Made by a program: the position numbers and the translations under genes. Shown here in pieces: positions 59,785-64,000 of a stretch of DNA of 64,000 bases. The notes beneath the pieces were generated by a model. The model was not told the origin of the DNA, ran no database searches, and saw only the letters and a program-made list of their open reading frames with translations. Each line of letters starts with the position of its first letter. Within the stretch, counting starts at the first letter, position 1. The stretch is from Deltaproteobacteria bacterium. GTDB lineage: Bacteria; Myxococcota; Kuafuiibacteriia; Kuafuiibacteriales; Kuafuiibacteriaceae. Location of the stretch: the NCBI GenBank assembly GCA_040218735.1, contig JAVJQW010000011.1, positions 160,001 to 224,000 on the forward strand, read 5' to 3'.

Positions 59785-61176
59785 ATGACTTCGGCAATCG
59801 CGGCGCGCGCCGCTCAACCACCCGTTCGGTCGCCCCACGAACCTTCCGGCCCTGAAGCCAAGACGCGATCGAGCGGGGAGGAGGCCCCGGCGTTCACCCG
59901 CACGAAGGAGGCCGCCTCCCGGCCGGTCGCGACGAGCCCGGCGGGCGTCGGCCCGACCGCGCTGGGCGTTCGGCTCGGCAACGTCGAACCGGTGAACCTG
60001 AAACCCGTGAAACCCAGCGAGGTCAGTGCGCTGTTCGAAGCGCACAAGCGGTACCGACCGTCGCGCGATCGTTTCATGCGGTACGCCCAGGCGCTGAAGG
60101 CGCTCCACCCCGACGCCAAGATCGGTCAGATCCAGATCCCGAGCGACGACGCCGATGACTTCTGCATCAGCCACCTGACCATCCCCGCGCGCGGCGAGGC
60201 GACGAACGTGAAGTTCTTCAAGTGCGGAACCCACGGCCCCGAGAGCCCCTACGGCGCAGTGATGATGGAGGCGTTCATGCGCGACCAGCTGCAGCACGTC
60301 GACCTCGAGAACACCACGGTGGTGTTCGCGCACGGCGTCGACGCGTGGGGTTGGGAGTTCGACCACCGCGGCACCGAGGACAACGTCGACCTCAACCGTC
60401 ACGGCAACCCCAGCGAGGCGGGGAGCGACGTGTTCCCGAAGGTCCGCGACGCCGTCACGGCTTCGTCGGCGCCGAGCACGACCGCGCTCGGGTCGATGCT
60501 GTGGACGCTCAAGGGCCTCGTGCAGAAGGCGCTCGCGTTCGGCACCGACGCCACCACGCGCGGGATGGCGGAAGGCCAGAATGTCGACCCGCGCGCACCG
60601 CTGTTCATGGGGGAGAAGGACGCCGAGCTCCTCCCGGAGATCCGCGCGCTGATCGACGACGTGCTCGTCCCAGCGTACGCGGAGGCGACCGACATCGAGG
60701 AGCAGGACTTCCACACCGGGCTCGGCGACTCCGGGCGGGTCTACGTCATGGAGGTGCTCACCGACCCGAAGCGCGCGGCGGAGGTCATCGCCGCCGTCGA
60801 GGGGACCGACCTGATTCACCAGACGAAGGCGGATCAGCGCTACGACACGAGCCCGGTCGACTCGACGAACTGGTCGAAGCACGCCGCGCCGGAGGGCGCG
60901 CGCGTCAACACCATGACCGTGGAGGCCGGCGGCTTCGCACCGGGGAGCCTCCCGTTTGGCTTCGACGCGGACTCACTCGTGGGGTTGCTGATGACGGCGA
61001 ACGTCCTGCGCGTGCGCGGGCAGCTGCATCACTTCTGGGACGAGGTCGAGCCCGAGCGCCGCGAGGAGATCCGGCAGGCGGTGCGCGACCTGTTCAACCC
61101 CGACGACGACACCTGGCAGCAGATGGTGTTCGCATCGACGAACACGCTGCAGGACAAGCTCTACAAGGGCGCGTGA
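59785..61176 (+). CDS. DUF2817/M14-like zinc carboxypeptidase-fold protein with low-complexity N-terminus
   Basis: GTHGPE, EDNVDLNR, DFHTGLG, TVEAG. Confidence 0.72.
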   Translation: MTSAIAARAAQPPVRSPHEPSGPEAKTRSSGEEAPAFTRTKEAASRPVATSPAGVGPTALGVRLGNVEPVNLKPVKPSEVSALFEAHKRYRPSRDRFMRYAQALKALHPDAKIGQIQIPSDDADDFCISHLTIPARGEATNVKFFKCGTHGPESPYGAVMMEAFMRDQLQHVDLENTTVVFAHGVDAWGWEFDHRGTEDNVDLNRHGNPSEAGSDVFPKVRDAVTASSAPSTTALGSMLWTLKGLVQKALAFGTDATTRGMAEGQNVDPRAPLFMGEKDAELLPEIRALIDDVLVPAYAEATDIEEQDFHTGLGDSGRVYVMEVLTDPKRAAEVIAAVEGTDLIHQTKADQRYDTSPVDSTNWSKHAAPEGARVNTMTVEAGGFAPGSLPFGFDADSLVGLLMTANVLRVRGQLHHFWDEVEPERREEIRQAVRDLFNPDDDTWQQMVFASTNTLQDKLYKGA

Positions 61177-61179
61177 GCG

Positions 61180-61632
61180 TCAGAGCGCGGACGGCGGACG
61201 CGACTGGTGGAGCACGAGCTGTTCGAACGGCTCGGCGACACACGCGGCGAACGCCTCGCAGCCCTCGCGCTCCACGCACGCGCCCATCGCTTCGACGTGC
61301 GGGCGCACGGTGGTGGGCATCCGCTGCGATGCGGTGGCGCACGCGTCGCGTCGCTCGTCGAGCGACCCCGCGGCCTCCTTCTTCAGCTCCGAGATGCCAA
61401 CGTCGCGAATCGCGTCGAGGCCCTCCGCCTCGATAGCCGAAGCGATGCGCGGTTGGTGACGAGCGCGCGCGGCGATCATCACGTCGATCGTCGCGTCCGC
61501 GCACGTCGCCGCACGCTCGCGGAACTCGACGCACTGTTCGACGAGCCCGGCGGCCGACGAATCCGTGCCGGGTGATTCGGCGACGTCGCAGGCGATGAGG
61601 AGGGGGAGGAAGATGAGCGCGTTGTGTTTCAT
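61180..61632 (-). CDS. Hypothetical Cys-containing lipoprotein
   Basis: LLIAC lipobox; CVE...C, C.AFAAC. Confidence 0.7.
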   Translation of the reverse strand: MKHNALIFLPLLIACDVAESPGTDSSAAGLVEQCVEFRERAATCADATIDVMIAARARHQPRIASAIEAEGLDAIRDVGISELKKEAAGSLDERRDACATASQRMPTTVRPHVEAMGACVEREGCEAFAACVAEPFEQLVLHQSRPPSAL

Positions 61633-61675
61633 GCCCTGACGAACGCGCGCGGCGGTCGACCGTGACAAAGAAAGT

Positions 61676-62383
61676 TCAGCGCGCGGATTCGAGGCGCCAA
61701 TCGACCAGCGCCCACTCGACCCACGCGCACGACCCGACGGCGCTCGTCAGGTGGAAGAGCGCGTGAAGTTGGAGCGCCTGCAGCGGGTGGTCACAGGCGA
61801 GCACGAGGTGCTCCGGTACCCAGAGCACCGCGAAGCCCCCGACGTAGGCGAGCACGGCGACGAAGAACCAGCGGCGTCGATCGCCATCGCCGCGCAGCGA
61901 GAGCGCGCCGGTGCGGGCCACGATGTACGCGACGATCAGCGCGTAGCTCACGATGAAGAACTGGAACCACTCCGCGAACGCGACGTACGCCACCGTGAAC
62001 GCGACGCCGTATCCGGCGAGCGCAGACGCGACGCCGCGACGGACGCTCGAACGACGCGCCGCGAGCGCGTAGACGAACGTGAGGCCGGTGTAGATCATCG
62101 GGAGCTCGTCGGCGGCCTGCGAGACCCTCAGCAGCGTTCCGTGGAACAGCGCGGAACCCAGGCCCACCACGGCCACCGCGAAGGCCGCCGCGGCGAAGCG
62201 CGGCTTTGCCTTCCACGGCAGCCGTCGAGCGCGCAGCAACACCACGACGGCGAGTGCGACGATCGCGAAGCTCGACCACGTGTTCCACCACTCCGCGACG
62301 TAGGTGGAGTACACGTAGTTGGGCTCGCACCAGTCGACGTTGGACGGCGCGCCGAACCCATCCCAGTAACCGCGCTCACCCAT
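61676..62383 (-). CDS. Alkaline ceramidase (CREST superfamily)
   Basis: VDWCEPNY...AEWWNTWS, GSALFH, DELPM, LHALFH; about 7 TM. Confidence 0.85.
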   Translation of the reverse strand: MGERGYWDGFGAPSNVDWCEPNYVYSTYVAEWWNTWSSFAIVALAVVVLLRARRLPWKAKPRFAAAAFAVAVVGLGSALFHGTLLRVSQAADELPMIYTGLTFVYALAARRSSVRRGVASALAGYGVAFTVAYVAFAEWFQFFIVSYALIVAYIVARTGALSLRGDGDRRRWFFVAVLAYVGGFAVLWVPEHLVLACDHPLQALQLHALFHLTSAVGSCAWVEWALVDWRLESAR

Positions 62384-62466
62384 CGCCGGACACTCTTGAC
62401 ATATTCGGGGGACATCTGGCACGCGCGCGCACGCGTCTTACTTACTCAGTTCGACGCACGTAAGTA

Positions 62467-62491
62467 TCGAGAAAAATTGGATTTTTCTCGA
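62467..62491. promoter_or_regulatory. Perfect 11-bp inverted repeat (operator candidate)
   Basis: TCGAGAAAAAT-TGG-ATTTTTCTCGA, 8 bp upstream of the -35 box. Confidence 0.6.
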
Positions 62492-62499
62492 CAACGGGG

Positions 62500-62528
62500 T
62501 TGACGCGACCAGGGCGTATCCGTACGTT
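62500..62528 (+). promoter_or_regulatory. Sigma70-type promoter candidate
   Basis: TTGACG-17 nt-TACGTT; predicted start about 62535 coincides with a perfect 11-bp hairpin (62535-62559). Confidence 0.6.
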
Positions 62529-62595
62529 CGGTCTCGCGACACGGTGAAACCGTGTCGCGCGTCCCCACAACCCTTTTCACCCCGAGAGGAGAGCC

Positions 62596-62721
62596 ATGAG
62601 CCAAGCCAAGTTCATCGTCTGGTCAATGCGCTCCCCTGTGCAGAACGGATTGCACCTCGGGCTGAGCAACGCGGTTGCGTGCCGATACGACGGCACCGCC
62701 GGGACCGACCCCCTGAGCTGA
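62596..62721 (+). CDS. Putative leader peptide (41 aa)
   Basis: RBS GAGAGGAG; MSQAKFIVWSMRSPVQNGLHLGLSNAVACRYDGTAGTDPLS*; terminator 29 nt downstream. Confidence 0.55.
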   Translation: MSQAKFIVWSMRSPVQNGLHLGLSNAVACRYDGTAGTDPLS

Positions 62722-62749
62722 CGGTCTACAACGACGTCGGCGCGCCAGG

Positions 62750-62790
62750 AGGCCGGGTCCCCACTTCGGGTACCCGGCCTTTTTTCGTTT
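62750..62790 (+). terminator. Intrinsic terminator / attenuator
   Basis: AGGCCGGGT...ACCCGGCCT stem followed by TTTTTCGTTT. Confidence 0.8.
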
Positions 62791-62861
62791 CTCCCAAGAC
62801 CCGCGGGTCGCCGACGCTCTCCACGCCCGGCCTCCCGCTTCAACGAAGAAGGAGGTGCGCC

Positions 62862-63098
62862 GTGGCGCACGAGACCGACCGCAACCGCGAACGCCTCGAC
62901 GCCGAATACGAGCGTCTGCGTCGCTACTCCGACTACCGCGAGTTCGTTCGCGGCAAGCGTGACGGACGCCTCGGCTACCCGATCGCGGGGATCTCGGAGA
63001 TCTACATCGAGGGGTACATCCTCGGCCGCATGGTGGCGGAGCGCGCCCGACGCGACACCCCGCGGTTCACGATCAGCCCGGCCCGCCGGATGAGCTGA
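62862..63098 (+). CDS. Small basic protein (78 aa), weakly Rmf-like
   Basis: Strong RBS AAGGAGGT, GTG start; RGKRDGRLG...EGYILGR. Confidence 0.55.
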   Translation: MAHETDRNRERLDAEYERLRRYSDYREFVRGKRDGRLGYPIAGISEIYIEGYILGRMVAERARRDTPRFTISPARRMS

Positions 63099-63111
63099 TC
63101 GAAGAGAAGTC

Positions 63112-63190
63112 GCGGCGCGAAGGACGATGGCACGCAGCGAGTCTTCCCGGACTCCACGCCCGCCGGTGCAACGCCGGCCCTTCGCGCCGC
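63112..63190 (+). ncRNA. Degenerate tRNA-like RNA 1 (CCC in anticodon-like loop)
   Basis: 12-bp closing stem GCGGCGCGAAGG/CCTTCGCGCCGC; arm GAGTC-TTCCCG-GACTC; T-like arm GCCGG-TGCAACG-CCGGC. Confidence 0.55.
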
Positions 63191-63207
63191 TCGAAACAAG
63201 AAGCTCT

Positions 63208-63272
63208 CGAGGTCATGGCCACGCGTGTAGGCGCGTCGTCTTTCTGGGTGCGAAACGCACCCAGAGGCCTCG
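63208..63272 (+). ncRNA. Three-way-junction structured RNA 2 in the HNH leader
   Basis: CGAGGTC/GGCCTCG closing stem; ACGCGT-GTAG-GCGCGT; TCTGGGTGCG-AAA-CGCACCCAGA. Confidence 0.45.
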
Positions 63273-63311
63273 CACCGTACGAAGGAAGACAGATTCAGGG
63301 AGGTGACACCG

Positions 63312-63857
63312 ATGGAGACGCTCGTGCTCTCACACACGTATCAGCCACTGGACCGCATCGGGTGGCAGCGCGCCATCACGCTGTGGGTCCTCGACAAGGT
63401 CGAGATCCTCGAGTCGTACGACGACAAGACGATCCGCTCCGTGTCCATGGCCATCGAGATGCCCGCGGTCGTGCGCTTCGTGCACGCGGTCCGCATCCGC
63501 ATCGGCCACCCGCGCTTCTCCCGCGAGAACGTCTTCGCCCGTGACCACGGGCGCTGCCAGTACTGCGGCAAGAAGCTGACCCGTCAGACCTCGACGTACG
63601 ACCACGTCGTGCCGCGTCGCCTCGGCGGCCTCACGCGGTGGGACAACATCGTCATCGCGTGTCTGACCTGCAACCAGCGTAAGGGTGGTCGCACGCCCTT
63701 GCAGGCCGGAATGAAGCTGCGCTCGCAGCCCGTCCGACCCAAGTCGCTGCCGTCGACGTTGCGCTTCACACTTCCGGCGCCTGACAAGGTTCCGGTCCCG
63801 TGGCGCCAGTACTTCTACGACCTGACGTACTGGCATGGCGCGCTCGACGAGTCGTGA
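63312..63857 (+). CDS. Stand-alone HNH endonuclease (181 aa)
   Basis: RBS GGGAGGT; TLVLSHTYQPL...WQRAI; RENVFARD, CQYCG, DHVVPR, GG..WDN...ACLTCNQRKG. Confidence 0.92.
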   Translation: METLVLSHTYQPLDRIGWQRAITLWVLDKVEILESYDDKTIRSVSMAIEMPAVVRFVHAVRIRIGHPRFSRENVFARDHGRCQYCGKKLTRQTSTYDHVVPRRLGGLTRWDNIVIACLTCNQRKGGRTPLQAGMKLRSQPVRPKSLPSTLRFTLPAPDKVPVPWRQYFYDLTYWHGALDES

Positions 63858-63874
63858 CGTCGTGCGACGAATCT

Positions 63875-63910
63875 GCCGCGGCGCTCCTCGCTCACGGGGG
63901 GCGCCGCGGC
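63875..63910 (+). other. GC-rich hairpin after the HNH stop
   Basis: GCCGCGGCGCTCC...GGGGCGCCGCGGC, no U-tract. Confidence 0.55.
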
Positions 63911-63915
63911 CCTGC

Positions 63916-63992
63916 TACCGCGAGACATCCGGGGATCGGCGCGTTCACTGCCACGTGACCGCGCGAGGCGGGTTCGACTCCCGCCGCGGGGT
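63916..63992 (+). ncRNA. Degenerate tRNA-like RNA 3 (GCC in anticodon-like loop)
   Basis: Canonical T-arm GCGGG-TTCGACT-CCCGC; TCAC-TGCCAC-GTGA arm; imperfect acceptor TACCGCG/CGCGGGG; near window edge. Confidence 0.5.
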
Positions 63993-64000
63993 TCGTGTTC

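Noticed and set aside
62417-62433. TGGCAC as a sigma54 promoter (also near 22937)
   Set aside because: GC is not at the required GG-N10-GC spacing.
63208-63272. Hammerhead ribozyme or known riboswitch
   Set aside because: Lacks the CUGANGA core, and I recognise no riboswitch consensus.
63312-63857. HNH gene as IscB/Cas9 or an IS200/605 element
   Set aside because: Too short, no RuvC motifs, and no TnpA or CRISPR repeats nearby.
63112-63992. Canonical tRNA-Gly genes
   Set aside because: 6-nt anticodon loops, poor D-arms and imperfect acceptor or T-loop; reported as tRNA-like instead.

Overview
High-GC bacterial chromosome segment with Myxococcota-like content: many Ser/Thr kinases, DUF4388/FHA/TPR proteins, Cys-rich lipoproteins, an ECF/anti-sigma pair and a sigma54 two-component system. 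Housekeeping blocks are gap-pgk-tpiA-secG-tRNA-Leu(GAG), pruA, maf-yggS-divIVA, proC and an Fpg/Nei glycosylase. The most unusual region is the last 1.6 kb. It contains an 11-bp palindrome, a sigma70-type promoter, a 41-aa leader ORF with terminator/antiterminator geometry, a small Rmf-like ORF and a 181-aa stand-alone HNH nuclease (IshB-like by size and layout) flanked by three degenerate tRNA-like RNAs; it probably continues past the window edge. Also notable are a divergent redox cluster bracketed by paralogous c-type cytochromes (cupredoxin, porin, MauG-like diheme protein, kinase), a 58-bp relic duplication of a 4Fe-4S gene segment, and a eukaryote-like alkaline ceramidase. No CRISPR array, transposase or integrase was seen. 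All product calls come from motif recognition by eye, and start codons are best estimates.
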